DNA of 64,000 bases from the human T2T-CHM13v2.0 reference genome, Homo sapiens: NCBI RefSeq assembly GCF_009914755.1, contig NC_060939.1; one strand, 5' to 3'. This document shows positions 47,317 to 64,000 of this stretch, piece by piece. Position numbers and translations under genes: made by a program. Below the pieces are notes generated by a model. That model was not told the DNA's origin, did no database searches, and saw nothing but the letters and a program-made list of their open reading frames with translations. The number at the start of each line of letters is the position of its first letter. Positions within the stretch are counted from its first letter, which is position 1.

Positions 47317-48379
47317 TCAGTCCTAGATTTGAGGGAAAGAAATAGACAACCTCCTTTCCTTTCTGCTGCAGTGTCACAGGCTTCTCCCTGGTCCTCGGGC
47401 CTCTTCCTGAATTCCAAGTGTGTGTTTCCAGCTGCCTCTTCTACACCCGCATGTAGCGCCTTGAAGGCCCCTCATACTCAATGTCTAAATCAAATCTTGT
47501 CATTTCCCCTCATACCTGCGCCAGGGCCTGTGTTCTCCAAAACTTTGAATAACTTTGAATAACAACCCTACGCCATGAATCAGTCAGAGGCCGAATACCA
47601 TGAATTAGATCCCTGTAATTGTTCTTCATCCTCACTGACACTAACTTAGTAGCACCTTAATTCCGTTTTCGCCGGGACTATCAGAGTAACTTCCTAAGCC
47701 GTTACTGTGCCTCGAATCTGTTCCCTGAGATCCCCCTTCGCATGGCTATCAGATTTCGTTTACAAACCAGACATCAGATCAGGGCCCTACCACCCTCCTT
47801 TCCTCACTCCCGCCCCCACCCCCAAGCTGCTGATTTCCTACAGATTTAGATCGTGGCTGTGCCTGCCTTGTTTATTTCCCAGTTTTTCTCATGACTTCCG
47901 TAGCCCAGTCAACCCGAACTGCCATTATTGTTCATGCATGCCTTTTTCTTGTAATGCTCTTCTTATCTCCACCTATAGAAAAGATGTTGCTTTCTATATG
48001 TGAAGCTTTCTCTGACTGCATGCACACTCCTCACCTCAGGATTAATTGATCCCTCTTTATAGCAATGACCATGGATAAGCCCCATAGGCTGCTAGCTCAA
48101 TCCACTGTTGATGCCCAGTGAACACGACCGTTTTAGATCAAGTTTCCTAATTCATATGATGATTAACCAACCCTGTAAAGCTGAGATGTGCCAGATATAG
48201 GCCCCCAGAAAAGAGTATCTTATGCCATATGTTTTTCCTTCCTTGCCAGAAAAGGACAGCATACATGTATGCTTCAATGTAATCGTCTCCCTACTTCCAG
48301 TGATTTATTTATTCTTTTGAAAGGTTAAATACATTCTTGTTTCTTTCATAACCTAAAATATTTCCTTTCTTTCTCCTAG

Positions 48380-48519
48380 AATATATCAGAGCCTTGATTA
48401 CATAGAAGATAATGCTACAGTTTTTCATGCCTACTATCTCTCTGCGGTAGCTAATGCCAAAATAAAAAACTCGGTGGCTTTGGGTCATTTCATTCTTCCT
48501 CCTGCGTGCCTGCAAAAAG
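48380..48519 (+). CDS. TERB2: TERB2 exon 3
   Basis: Acceptor ttctttctcctAG; IYQSLDYIEDNATVFHAYYLSAVANAKIKNSVALGHFILPPACLQK; donor G|GTTAG; 140 nt, phase-compatible. Confidence 0.95.
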
Positions 48520-51197
48520 GTTAGCAAAGATCATTCAGCCAATCCCTGTCAGACAGCCAAATCTGGCTAATCTCTGTTAAACAGCCAAATTCAACTGTAC
48601 TTATTTTGTTCTCAGTCACATATTTTTGAATTTTGTATCTATTTAACATAAGTGGAAAAAGCATGGACTTTGGATCAGATTGCCTTGGGTGTATATCCTG
48701 ACTTTGTTTATGTATTGTTTATTCATACATTCATTGAGCTCTTCCTGTGTGCCAGGTTTCAACCTGGGTAGGTGCTGGGGATTCAGTGGAGAATAAAACA
48801 GTGCAGATCTTGCCTTCACAGGCTACGATCTAATGCTTACTAGTTTTGTGATCATTTAGCAAGTTACTTTCTGAAGTTGTTTTGAGGATAAAATGAGATA
48901 ATAGGCCGGGTGCGGTAGGGCGTGCCTGTAATCCCAGCACTTTGGGAAACTGAGGCGGGCAGATCACTTGAGCCCAGGAGTTCAAGACTAGACTGGGCAA
49001 CAGGGTAACATGGTGAGACCCTGTCTCTATTTATTTTAATAATTTCAAATTATTTCTAAAAATAAGATAATGTATTAAGGTGTCTGATGTGAGCATTTAA
49101 TAAATGTGTTCTTTCCTACTTTTGAATCTCTTCATTATTTTTCTAATTTTTTCTTCTGATATTTAAAGATTGGTTATGATAATAAACCCATGTATCTGTA
49201 TTTTTTAAAATACATTTGAAAGCACTTTCACATCAATTTTTTCAGCAGCCCTAGGAAATAGGATGGGGAAGTAAATAAACTGCTTCTGAGATTGGTTCTT
49301 TTAATTTTCCCTGCTTGGAACACCCTTTCTTATACCGTTCTTCTACCCAAATCCTGCCTATTTTTTCTGGGCTAACTTTATTATTATTATTTTGAGATGG
49401 AGTCTTACTCTGTCGTCCAGGCTGGAGTGCAATGGTGTGATCTCAGCTCACTGCAACTCCACCTCCTGGGTTCAAGCGATTCTCCTGCCTCAGCCTCCTA
49501 AGTAGCTGGGACTACAGGCGCCCACCACCACACCCGGCTAATTTTTATATTTTTAATAGACATGGGGTTTCACCAAGTTGGCCAGGCTGGTCTTGAATTC
49601 CTGACCTCAAGTGATCCACCCGCCTCAGCCCCCCAAAGTGCTGGGAATACAGGCATGAGCCATTGCGCCTGGCCTGGGCTAACTTTAACTAGCCCATGGG
49701 TAGGTTTCTTATTATTACTCAATTCTTGATATGTAGGTGGCAAGCATATCAATTCCTGATATGTAGCTTGTCTACATATCAAGATACGTGTTATCATACA
49801 TATCGTAGATACGTGTTCATCTCCAGAAAGACAGATTAAAGCTGAGTACATATTCCCAGTGAGGAGAGTATTAAAAAGAAAACAAACAACTTAAAAATTA
49901 TTTCTATAAAAGAGCCATTAGAAACCCCAGAGATTTGGTTCCTTCCATAGTCAATGTCCTGGTCAAACCTACTTATAAGTAATAACACTAAATTGTTCTA
50001 AGTAGTTACATAAATCAATTAATGACTGGATGGGGGAATTGATTTTAAAAACTACTTGTGCCAATCAGTGAATACCCACCTTCAAGGAACTTATATTGTA
50101 GAATGGCTGTGATTTAATTTATCACTCCTATTTACTTATATGATTTTAAATTATCACTCCTATTCTGTCTTTGAGTTTAGCATCTTATGTTAACATGTAT
50201 TTAAATTTTCAAAAATCTGTTTTAAATGAAAACATGCTTCTTTTAAAAAATTAAAAGTATACCTTTTTAATCTGCCTATTGTCTAGTAGAAGTGTGAGGT
50301 GCAAATGTGAGCCACATATGAATTTTACATTTTCTAGTAGCCACATTACTAAGAATAAAAAATAACTGGGTGAGGTGGCATGCACCTGTAATCCCAGCTA
50401 CTCTAGAGGCTGAGATGGGAGGATCCCTTGAACCCAGGAATTTGAGGCTGCAGTGCACCATGATCACCCCTGTGAATAGCCACTGCATTCCAGCCTGGGC
50501 AACATGCTGAGACGCCCTTCTCTAAAAAAATTAATTACATAATTGAGTAGAATTAATTTTAGAAATATATTTTATTTAACCTAATATATCTAAAATATTA
50601 TTTCAATATATAATCTATAAAAATTGAGATACCCTACATTCTGTTTTTGATACTAAGTCTTCAAAATCCTGTATTTATTTTATACTTACAGCACCTCTCA
50701 ATTTGGATTAACCACACATTTCCAGTGCTCAGTACCTACATGTAGCTAGTGGCTGCCATACTGGACAGCAAAAGTCTAGAGTAATATTACCTTTTTTGTC
50801 CTTTTGACTACTGTGAAAACTTTTGAGATCATTGAGTTTGGATGATGACATTGTCCTTTGACATACTGACCATTGTAGAATTCCTGTACTACCATGTTTA
50901 CTAGACATATTGTTAATCCATCCTTCATTTATATCTATATCTATATATGTGTATCTGTATCAATATCTATAGCTATATAGACATTAGATATACATCTAAT
51001 ATATATCTAATGCATTATATAGATACATATGCATTATATAGAGAGATATATATCTATAAATGCAGAGGTATATCTATACATACATATATACATATACATC
51101 TAATGTATATCTAATGATACAGATATAGATATTGATGTATATTTAATATATATGTAGATACAAATATAGATAGAAGAGTGGATGAACATACCTCAAT

Positions 51198-51239
<42 letters not shown>

Positions 51240-51529
51240 TCTAATGTAGAGATACAAATATAGATATAGATATGTTCTAGCAGGAAACGTCTACAACAAT
51301 GATTAGCAAAGTGTATTAGAATCATCTGGAGAGTTTGTTAGAAATGCAAATTCCAGAGCTCCTCCTCAATGATCTGATTCAATAGGAATCTGCATTTTAA
51401 CAAGTGTGTTATGTGATTTTGTTGCAAATAGAATAACACTGGCCTAGAAATTTCAGACTTTAAGCAAAATTCAGAAGATTCTTAAAAAAAAAAACCAAAA
51501 CAGTATTGGATTTGTTTTTCTCACCACAG

Positions 51530-51591
51530 AAATAAGAAGAAAAATTGGTAGTTTTATTTGGGAACAAGACCAACATTTTCTGATAGAAAAG
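51530..51591 (+). CDS. TERB2: TERB2 exon 4
   Basis: Acceptor tttttctcaccacAG; (E)IRRKIGSFIWEQDQHFLIEK; donor AAG|GTAAG. Confidence 0.95.
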
Positions 51592-51704
51592 GTAAGAGTA
51601 AATTAAGGTACTTGATTAGCATCTACAGCTTCAACATTTTCTGAAAGCAAGGTTATCTTTAAAATGTTTATTTGTGACATGTTAGCACCAATGAGTCAGA
51701 TTAA

Positions 51705-52067
<363 letters not shown>

Positions 52068-52177
52068 TAGTAGTGCATTAGTAAAATTGAGGTTATTTTG
52101 TATAAATAAAATTATTCCCATAAGAAACTTGAAAATTTGCTTCTGTTACTAATAAGAAGAGAATAACAGGTGCATAG

Positions 52178-52508
<331 letters not shown>

Positions 52509-52836
52509 TTACTGCCAGTGTAGACTCTGATTGGTGAATTCCTATGATGCACAGTTTGTTCAATGTTTTGAATAACACGCCTCAATAAATGTGTACAAGA
52601 GTCTGTCTGAACCTATTCTGGTTCGGGGGCTGCCTGATTAACCAAAACAAGAAGAAGAAAAGTGTACAATACTGGAAAAATAGCTGTTTTGTAGCTTTTG
52701 CCATCCTGCCTCAGATTTACTTACGCTTTTGACTTACTTCAAAATCTTTAAGTAATAGCCAAATTTGGGAACAATTGAGCATTAAAACTAATAATGACAA
52801 TAATGGATTATAATATGTTAGGTAAAAAGAATCCAT

Positions 52837-52935
52837 GTGCTTGCTTCGGCAGCACACATACTAAAATTGGAACAATACAGAGATTAGCATGGCCCCTGTG
52901 CAAAGATGACACGCAAATTCGTGAAGCATTCCATA
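52837..52935 (+). pseudogene. U6 snRNA pseudogene (right copy, TERB2 intron 4)
   Basis: Same U6-like sequence as 17612-17710; no obvious upstream PSE/TATA. Confidence 0.9.
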
Positions 52936-54967
52936 CGTGTATATGATACTCCAAAAGCAGACATAAAGAAAAAAGGAAGGACAGAAGGAAGAAAGGAAAG
53001 AAGGAAGAAAATAAGGAAGATAAGGGTGGGAGAAGGAAAATTTTCTTTTACATAAATAGCAGCTGGTAAATATAGAAAGAAAGATAAAATAGAAAAATCA
53101 CCATTTTTAAAACCCTCAATTTAATAATTGATTTAGATAAGGTCATTAATGGATTCTAAACCTATGATCTCAAATTATCACCCACAGATTGAATATTAGT
53201 TACAAAGTAAAACAGCGTATCTTTACAATGGAGCGATCTGGCAGGCACCATTTAACTAACTTAGCAAACAGCATCACCAATATTGGAGCAACCTTTCATT
53301 ATGTTCAGTCAGATATGATATAATAAATACACAATATTATCTGTGTAGTATTCTTGTTCAAAACATTTAACCCGAATTTAATTATGAGTTAACATTCAGA
53401 CAAATCCAGAATATGGACCATACCACAAGACAATTAACCGACCTGGACTCTAACATCAGTTAATGTCATAAAATACAAAAAAAGCAATAGGAGCATAGTA
53501 GATTAAGAGACATAAAAAAGAGGTATAAAAGACATTTGGAGAGCAATTGGGAAAATTTAACAATGAACTGTATAATGGGTGATACTGTATTACATTTTAT
53601 TTTCTTAAGTGTGATAGTGGTGTTGTAAAGATAAAACAATGTATATTTTTAGAAAACACATGCCAGGTATTAGAGAGTGGAAATGTCATATCTGCAAATG
53701 TTTTCAAGTGGTTCCACAAAAATAAAAAGAGAGAGGAGGCACTCAAGGTGTCAGAAATGTTAACACTTTGTGAATCTAGGTGAAAGGTATATGGTATTTA
53801 TTATACTATTCTTTTTTTTTTTTTTTTTTTTTTTTGAGATGGAGCCTCGTTCTGTCGCCAGGGTGGAGTGAAGTGGCGGGATCTCAAGCTTACTGCGACC
53901 ACCACCTCCTGGGTTGAAGCGATTCTCGTGCCTCAGCCTCCCGAGTAGCTGGGATTACAGGCACCCGCCACCACACCCAGCTACTTTTTGTATTTTTAGT
54001 AGAGACGGGGTTTCACCATGTTGGCCGGGATGGTCTCAATCTCCTGACCTCGTGATCCGCCTGCCTTGGCCTCCCAAAGTGCTGGGATTACAGGCGTGAG
54101 CCACTGTGCCTGGCCTATTGTACTATTCTTTAACTTTGTGGTAAGTTTGAAATTTTTCACAACAAAGAGTTAGGGAGAAAATCTTTCATTTTTATTTTAT
54201 TTTTTTTAAACTTCAAACCCACAGCCATATCATATAGAAAACCTTTACATTATGTCCAAAATCAGGCCATCAACTTATATATTTTATATTTCTGTCATTA
54301 ATTTGTTTTTTCTTCCCAAGGCATCATCATCTGAAAATAATAGTTCTTTCAGTTTTTTTTTCTAGGAGGTAATAGTATGTTGTACTAAGGACTGAAATAT
54401 CTAATCCTTGACTTTTCACAGTGTTTCCAGGAATGTGAGCAGTAATGCAATGGTTATTATTTGGTGGTAATTATTGACTCTAGCAGAACTTTAGAGTTTA
54501 AAGATCATTAATTTCATCATTTAGCTTTATACATGAGAAAACTAAGGTAAAGAAAATATAATGACCCATTTTAGTACACATTGGCAAAGTGGAGCCAAAT
54601 TTTCTCAGCTCTAACCCAATCCAATGTTTTTTCTACTAAAAAATTACTAAAACGTGCTTGTATGGACGTTGACTCTAGAAGTTATATTATTACATGATAA
54701 AAGAATTTGTCAATTCTTTCAAAATATTGGTTGATATGAGTATTAGCCAATTATAATAATGTAACCATAGAATATATACGTGGAAGGTATTCATTGAATG
54801 GCAATAACTAGGGTAAATCTGGGGAGCATTACAATTGTTTGGAGTGGATTTAAGTTTTTATTTAAATATAGAAACTTCTTAATGGTGGCTGGGCGCAGTG
54901 GGTCGCGCCTGTAATCCTGGCATTTTGGGAGGCTGGGGCGGGCCGATTGCCTGAGCTTGGGAGTTCA

Positions 54968-55219
<252 letters not shown>

Positions 55220-55419
55220 TTACTGGTATATAAAATAAATAGATTATATGATAGGTACCAGTATCTAAGTTGCTTTCACAGAATATTTGGAAAAAGCTTA
55301 ACATATGTTTAGTTATTTTGTATCTTTACATATATATCTTTACGTATATAGTGAAGCAAATACTTCACTGTCCTTTTGAAGGAGAAATATAATTTGTTCA
55401 GCTTTCTTTATATTTTTGA

Positions 55420-55660
55420 GTTATATATTTTATACCTTTATAAATATATAAATATATATTTATAAAGATATATATATTTATAAAGATATATATTTATATA
55501 GATATATATTATATTTATATAGATATATATAATTATATATTATACATTTATATATTATATATTTATATATCTATATATTATATAAATCTATATATCATAT
55601 AGATTTATATATTTAATAGATATATAAATATATATCTATATAAAGATATATATTTTATAT
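55420..55660. repeat. (TA)n-rich tract specific to the right arm
   Basis: Almost pure A/T, flanked by an ~85-bp direct repeat. Confidence 0.9.
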
Positions 55661-56165
55661 CTTTATGTATATAGTGAAGCAAATACTTCACTGTCCTTTT
55701 GAAGGAGAAATATAATTTGTTCAGCTTACTTTATATTTTTGATTTGTAGCTCACAGGAATCCCTAAGTCAAGGATTTTAAGGAAGTTTAAATCAGTAGCA
55801 AGATTTTTTGTTTCCTTATTTTTGTGACTAAAAAGTAATATAACCACATTAGAGGAAATTTCAATAATTGAAAAGAGAATAAAATCAGTTAAAGTTTTAC
55901 TTATCTGACATAACCACAGCTGGTATATTTAAAATTCTGGTCTTCTTTATGTGTCTCCAAAAATATATAGTATAATTATATGTGTGTGTGGAAAAAATTT
56001 TGTAAATTTTCTTCACTCAGCTAGATTGAGTGGACTTAAATGTGTAAATATTTTTATGGCTTTTGAGATATATATTTCCAGTTTATTTTTCCTTTTTAAA
56101 AACATTACTGATTGGATCACTGGTATGACGATTTTTTAAAATGTGATTTACTTTTCTATCCACAG

Positions 56166-56251
56166 CATGATGAAGTAACACCAAATGAAATAAAGACCCT
56201 TAGGGAAAACAGTGAACTAGCAACAGAGCACAAAAAAGAATTATCCAAAAG
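56166..56251 (+). CDS. TERB2: TERB2 exon 5
   Basis: Acceptor ttttctatccacAG; HDEVTPNEIKTLRENSELATEHKKELSK(S); donor AG|GTATT. Confidence 0.95.
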
Positions 56252-56953
56252 GTATTGAATTCAGAAACTTCATTAATATTCAATTCAATGTAGAAATCTG
56301 TGAGCACTGATTGTGTGCTTATCTCATTTAATTTTCAGTTTTCCTATGAGATAGATAGCATTATAATCATTCCCATTATACAAAAAAAAGAGATCTATGA
56401 TTAGAAAGATAAGCAATTTCCCCAAAGTCATACAAACTTTATTAAGTACGGGAGAAGCAGGATTTGCACTGAGTCAGAGCCCATTATTTAAATGGTAGTC
56501 ATTAAATACTATACCAGGTATTTACTATGTAGAATACTATACTATCTCATAGTATAGCACACTATACTGTCTCTGCAGAAAGGAGACAAGGATTTTATGT
56601 ATGTTATGATAGCAGTTAATAAATTATTTAAAAATTATACGTATCTGTGTGTGAAAACCCCATCATCACACTTATGAACTACAAAAGAATCTTAAAATAT
56701 ATTTTTTACTTGGAAGGAAATACACTACATATTAGCAGTAATTTTATTAGGATGAAAAGTGGTGAGTGATTTCCCATCTTCTTTCCAAATTGCTTTAATA
56801 TATTACGTTGGTTTAAGAAATTAAATTTGGGCATTGTGCCGCATGCTTGTAATCTCAGCACTTAGGGAGGCTGAAGCCGGATGACTGCTTGAGCCTAGGA
56901 ATTTGAGACCAGTCTGGGCAGCATAGGGATACCCCACCTCTATAAAAAATTTA

Positions 56954-57127
<174 letters not shown>

Positions 57128-58239
57128 TTAAAAAGACAAACAAACATGGCCTTGCCATTGTATTAGGAACAGTTTATAAGAGGCCTTCTCATTGCAGGCT
57201 TATACATGATCTAGTCCTAGCTTCATATTTTCCAATTCAGTTGGTTTTCAAATATTCATAGGGAACATTGGTTCTTCAGAAGTCTGTTTTATCCCTCCAA
57301 ACCTGTGGCCGGAGTCAATCTAAAAGTGGAGGCAGGGGAATCCCCACAACGGAGTGCCCCAAACAGTCCCAAGCTGGGGCCAGTTGGGATTCTAAAGAAA
57401 GAACCACTAGCTAGAGTAATCAGTCTAAAGCATTTATTGAGGGAACTTGCAGAGTATCGCACCAATCCTTGCAATGGACAAGATATAAGGGGTGTTCTAC
57501 CTAGGTATATCCACAGTGAGGGGGTCTGGGTATGGAGTTTATATGAGGGTTTAAGGAATCTGGCTCAGGGCTGAGGCCAGTTTCTTTCAGTGTTTTGAGC
57601 AGCAACCTAGATACCTTTATCAGTGCCTGGAAATGTTTAAGGTCCTGGTTTGAGTTCAAGCCTGATGGGAAAACCCTGCACTGGGCTGTCTCACAGAGCA
57701 GTCAAAGCCCTCTGTGATTTTTGGTCAGGACACAGAAAGCAAGCCAGGAGTGGAATCAGGGGAGGGGAGGATGGGACTGGGGTACCCTACAGTCTGGTAT
57801 TTAGCTGCTGTAATATAAATGATCAAATAGTAGTTATCTTTCTTCAAAATAAAAAGTAATGATGTAATTTATATAATTTTTTCAAGTTTTTCTCCCATAA
57901 GGGCTAATTTCCTTAATATACAAAGAGGTATTAGAAATCTGGGAAAAATATGTCCAATCCAAAAACAACAGAAATGGACAAAGGATATGAATAAACCCTA
58001 GGTAGGTGTCTACTTAGAGCCTTTTCTCTGTGGAAACACCAGAGGGTGCAGTGTGAACACAGATAAAATATACCCTCAATTTACCTGCTGAAGCATTTGT
58101 TAGCATAGTACTAGGGACGTTGATTTTTTTTACATCATACAAACTTGATGTATGAAAAATCAGGCAGTACAGAATTAGTATAAAATCCTAATTTCTCCCA
58201 AATCCTCTCCCAGTGATAACCTTCATTTTTTGTTTTTAA

Positions 58240-58407
<168 letters not shown>

Positions 58408-59123
58408 TAGTAGAGACGGGGTTTGGCCATGTTGCCCAGGCTGGTCTCAAATTCCTGGCCTCAAGTGATCCACCTGCTTCAGCCTCCCAAAGTTCTGGGA
58501 TTGCAGGCATAAACCACCCGTGCCTGGCCGAAAAATCTTATTTGATATTATGATGTGTACTGGCAGCATATGGCATTTCATTTTGTTTAACCTTTTTTTT
58601 TTTTTTTTTTTTTTTTTTTGAGACAAAAGCTCACTCTGACCCCCAGGGGTGGAGTGCAGTGGCACGATTTCAGTTCACTGCAGCCTCAACCTCCCAGGCT
58701 GAAGTGAGAGATCCTCCCTCCTCAGCCACCCAGAATGCTGCTAGGATTACAGGCATGAGCCACCACACCTGGCCTAGAATTTGTTACTTTTATGACACTT
58801 CCATGAACATCTTTTTAAAAATAAATCTTGCTCTACTTTTTTGATAGTTTTCTTCATGTAAATTATCGGATGTGGAAATTATGGTATAAAGAGGAGTTTT
58901 TTTTCTTTCTTAAACACCTTATTTATTTACTTAGTTTGTGTGTGTGAGAGAGAGAGAGACAGGATCTTGCTGTGTCACCCAAGCTGCAGTGAGGTAGCAT
59001 GATCATAGCTCACTGCAACCTGGAACTCCCAGGAGTTCAGGCAATCCTCCCACCTCAGCCTCCTGAGTAGCTAGGACCGCAGATGTGGGCCACCACGCCT
59101 GGCTAATTAAAAAAATTAATTAG

Positions 59124-59294
<171 letters not shown>

Positions 59295-60036
59295 TAATAG
59301 AAACTTTTTTTTGCCATGTTGGCCAGGCTGGTCTCAAACTCCTGGCCTCAAGCAATCCACCCTCCTAGGCCTCCCAAAGTGCTGGGATTATAGGTGTGCG
59401 CCAACTCGCCCAGCCTAATTAAATTTTTTTTTTGTCAAGATGGCATCTCACTATGCTGCTGAGGCTGGTCTTGAACTTCTGGGCCCAAGGTATTTATTAA
59501 TTAGTATAGTAGCAGGCCAGGCATGGTGGCTCACACCTGTCATCCCAGCACTTTGGAAAGCTGAGCCATGAGGATAGCTTGAGGCCAGGAGTTCAAGACC
59601 AGTCTGAGCAACAGAGAGAGAGCCAGTCACTACAAAAGATAAAAAAAAAAAATTAACTGGGTGTAGTGGTGTACTCCTGTAGTCCTAGCTACTTGGGAGG
59701 CTGGGGCAGGAGGATTGCTTAAGCCCAGGAGTTGAGGTTTGCAGTGAGCTATCTATGGTCATTCCACTGTGCTTCAACCAAGGTGAAAGAGTGAGGCCAT
59801 GTATCAAAAAAAAAAAAAAAATTAGTAGCATATATCTGTTTCTTAGAATATGGAGCTGGAGGGTATTCTTTCATATTGGAAATAAACTACATAATATCAT
59901 ACAGTATGTTCAAATGCATATACTAAAGAACTCTACAAAATTTTAATCAAAATCTACGTTTAGTTTGTTAAGTAATTTCTTGAGAGAACCACTGAGAGAC
60001 AGTGTCCTTGTGATCAAATGATGAGTCTCTTCAGAG

Positions 60037-61172
60037 TTAAGTCTTATAAAGGAAATTTTTATTATGTTGATCCAAGTAATGCAGTAGTGGCACATTGGTT
60101 AGAAGGCAAAATTTTACTTTAATTTCCCTAAATGCTGTCTCACTTGAGTCAGGAGGGATTGGGAATACTCAAAATGATCTTCCAGAGAATTTCTGCCATA
60201 AGAGTGTGTGCCCTCATTAGGAATGGCTCTCTCATTATCTGTCCGTGATTGGAGGACTGCTTTCTCTGATAAAACCTTTATATCTCCTGGTAAAGAGGAA
60301 GATGTAGTATAAAAAAGAACTTTGCCATTTGGTCAGGGAAGGGGATGTCTTGTGTATGTTGCAGTAAAATTCATCATGTGCAGTTTTGTGCTGTCTTTCC
60401 AAGGGTCTTCAATGCATCTTACTGAGGTGCAGGCTTTCTTGATTGCAGTTGGGGTTTCCAGTTTTCTTAATAGTTCAGCTAGCATTTGAGTCACCAGATA
60501 TAAATTAGACATTTATCTCTTCAGTTGCCAGTATACATTCTGTGTATTATCACTTGAAGTTCTTACTCTTCAGAGATCTCTGCTCTTCAAGATTGTCTTC
60601 CTCATACAGATAGGTTTGTTTGGTTTTTGAGTAGTTCTATTTTGAGATCGTTACCTTCTTTCCTCATCAACTCTTGTTCCAAACCGTGGATCTTCAGGTT
60701 ACAGCTTAACTTTTCCACCTCCCAGTTTGATGAAGGTGGATTGAAATTCCTCATCACCAGCTGAGTTTCCACCTCTGTCCTTAGCTAGAGTTCTACTTCT
60801 TTAGATTGCATCTGTTTATTCAATACTTTTAAAGATTCAGAGTTGTGTTTACTCATTTTATCCAATTTGCTCTTTAAATCATCTCTCAATGCAAATCTTT
60901 CAATATACAGAATAGGCCTTATTTACTTGTTGGTATTCCACAAAACTTGTTTCTTCATCTAATTGAGCTCCTATAAGCTTTTCTTCCAAAAATCTAATTC
61001 TTTTCTTTAACATAAGATTTCTCTTTCTCTGAATCCTTAAGTCCTTTTTTGATGTCTTCATATGGGCAAATTGGGAAGCAACAGAAGCATCTCCTCAATA
61101 TGTTGAAACTGGAGTTGCTGGGGTTTTCTCATAATTTAGCATACAGGTGTCACCTTCTATCAGTGCATCCAT
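60037..61172 (-). pseudogene. AZI2 processed pseudogene, right copy (antisense in TERB2 intron 5)
   Basis: Reverse complement of 9380-10830 without the AluY; ATG at 61172, TAA at 60037-9; shares lesions with the left copy. Confidence 0.88.
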
Positions 61173-61378
61173 GAGAGCCTGAAACCAGGCTACTTAGAGC
61201 CGCCACGGAGTTTCCATTCCCTAATGTTTAGAAACAGCCAAAAACAGATCGGGTTGCCAGGGATCATCACGGGTTCAGATTTCCCTGAAGATACCTCCAC
61301 TTAACCAGCGAAAGCAGCCACTCTGAGTTATTGAAATGAGGATATTGGTCTTATATCTACCCATTTGGAATTCCTTAA

Positions 61379-61790
<412 letters not shown>

Positions 61791-61954
61791 AATGAAAGTA
61801 TTCCTTCTTTCACAACATCTCTTCCTTTTCATCCCCCCCCCTCCTTTTTTCCCTTTATCTCTTATTGTTTGGCCAGAATTAAATAGTGGGTGGTCCCTGA
61901 CTTTTCTGGGAACACAATTTTGCTTTATTTGTAGGACCTCATCCTGATGAGTAG

Positions 61955-62125
<171 letters not shown>

Positions 62126-62233
62126 TAGCTGGGATTACAGGCATGTGCCACCACGCCTGGCTATTTTTTTGTATTTTTATTAGAGACAGGGTTTCACCAT
62201 GTTGGCCAGGCCGGTTGTGAACTCCTGACCTCA

Positions 62234-62323
<90 letters not shown>

Positions 62324-62572
62324 CTATTACTCAGTGTACTTCTAGATTTTTAGGAAAATAATAAATTTAAGGATGACTCCAATTTTTAATTATTGAGGTT
62401 TTTATTTTTATACAATTATATTGTTAGTTATATGTGATCTAAGTATAGTAAACATTGTCATTTTTGAATAGTGACTGTTCAAAACATGAATGAAAATAGG
62501 ATCTTTTAGTTGAGATCCTTTTAGCTTTTTTTTTTTTTTTGAGACAGAGTCTGGCTCTGTCACCTAGGCTAG

Positions 62573-63125
<553 letters not shown>

Positions 63126-63565
63126 TGATCCACCTGCCTCGGCCTCCCAAAGTGCCAGATTTACAGGTGTGAGCCACTGCGCCTCGCCTAGACATCAGTT
63201 TTTATTTGTTATAGTAAACTATGGAAATACTAGTTAATAGATGCCCAATTATTTGAATACTAACAAACATGTTGTGATCATTTAAAATAGAATCTACTAT
63301 GCTTTTCTTTTGGCAGATTTAATACTGTATATGTATATGTGTATTTTGTCTAAATATATAGTATTGCATTATTGTACTTTCAGGGATATGGAGAAAAAGA
63401 CCCAGGACTCTATAGACTCAAATACTTGTTTTGTGAAGCGGCTAAGAACACTAGAATATCTATATGGGTCTTTATATTACTTAAAAGCACAAAAGAAGTT
63501 CATAATTAACATTTTCACCCATTAAGACTGAAGTCTGATCAAAGAGCAATTAAATTACTATATAT

Positions 63566-63671
63566 GTGCTCACTTTGACAGCACATATACCAAAACTGGA
63601 ACTATTCAGAGGTTAGCATGGCCCCTGCGCAAGGATGACAAGCAAATTTGTGAAGCATTCTATATATTTTT
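63566..63671 (+). pseudogene. U6 snRNA retropseudogene with target-site duplication
   Basis: Diverged full-length U6, short A-tail, flanking repeats aaattactatatat / aaatcactatatat. Confidence 0.88.
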
Positions 63672-63874
63672 AAAAAATCACTATATATATTGCCTGGAAT
63701 AAGTTCTTACTTGTAAAACAAATCCAAATATATACATATGTGGTATAGTATACTATAGTAAAGGTAATTATGTATTATAAATATTTATTTATAAATATAC
63801 TTTAATATAAATGTAATACATATAGACATATATATACTATGTATGTGTGACTTTCTGTATGCTTTATTTTACAG

Positions 63875-63963
63875 CCCAGAAAAGCATTTTATAAGAACTC
63901 CAGTTGTAGAAAAGCAGATGTACTTCCCTCTACAGAATTACCCAGTTAACAACATGGTAACAG
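63875..63963 (+). CDS. TERB2: TERB2 exon 6 (gene continues past window end)
   Basis: Acceptor ctttattttacAG; PEKHFIRTPVVEKQMYFPLQNYPVNNMVT; donor G|GTAGT; cumulative CDS 523 nt with no stop. Confidence 0.93.
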
Positions 63964-64000
63964 GTAGTTTAAAATAAAATTTAGAGTAAACTCAGGTAGG

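Noticed and set aside
52837-52935. Functional U6 gene or U6-mRNA chimera
   Set aside because: Substitutions relative to U6, no Pol III promoter or terminator, embedded in old L1; the 3' flank has no clear polyA/TSD to support a chimera.

Overview
Primate, almost certainly human, Alu/L1/LTR-rich genomic DNA. I recognise it from memory as the TERB2 (C15orf43) locus on 15q21.1; this is not database-verified. The only intact coding gene is TERB2 on the + strand: exons 1-6 at 46726-63963 splice with GT-AG into an uninterrupted 174-codon ORF, and the last exon lies beyond the window. The dominant structure is a large imperfect palindrome (inverted segmental duplication) around a ~5.5 kb spacer (27441-32930). 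Its left arm carries a minus-strand TERB2 pseudogene: exons 3, 4, 5 and 7 remain, promoter plus exons 1-2 and exon 6 are gone, and it has two nonsense codons. Both arms carry an AZI2 processed pseudogene, a U6 pseudogene, ERV-L pol remnants and shared transposons. Arm identity is patchy, suggesting gene conversion. Comparing arms reveals arm-specific AluY insertions, an Alu-insertion-mediated deletion, an Alu-Alu recombination deletion and templated-filler junctions. A 1.1 kb microinversion splits an Alu upstream of TERB2, and the spacer holds a 3'UTR-only retrocopy. Almost all ORFs in the supplied track are repeat artefacts. I see no evidence of a wholly new protein-coding system; the interesting biology is structural.
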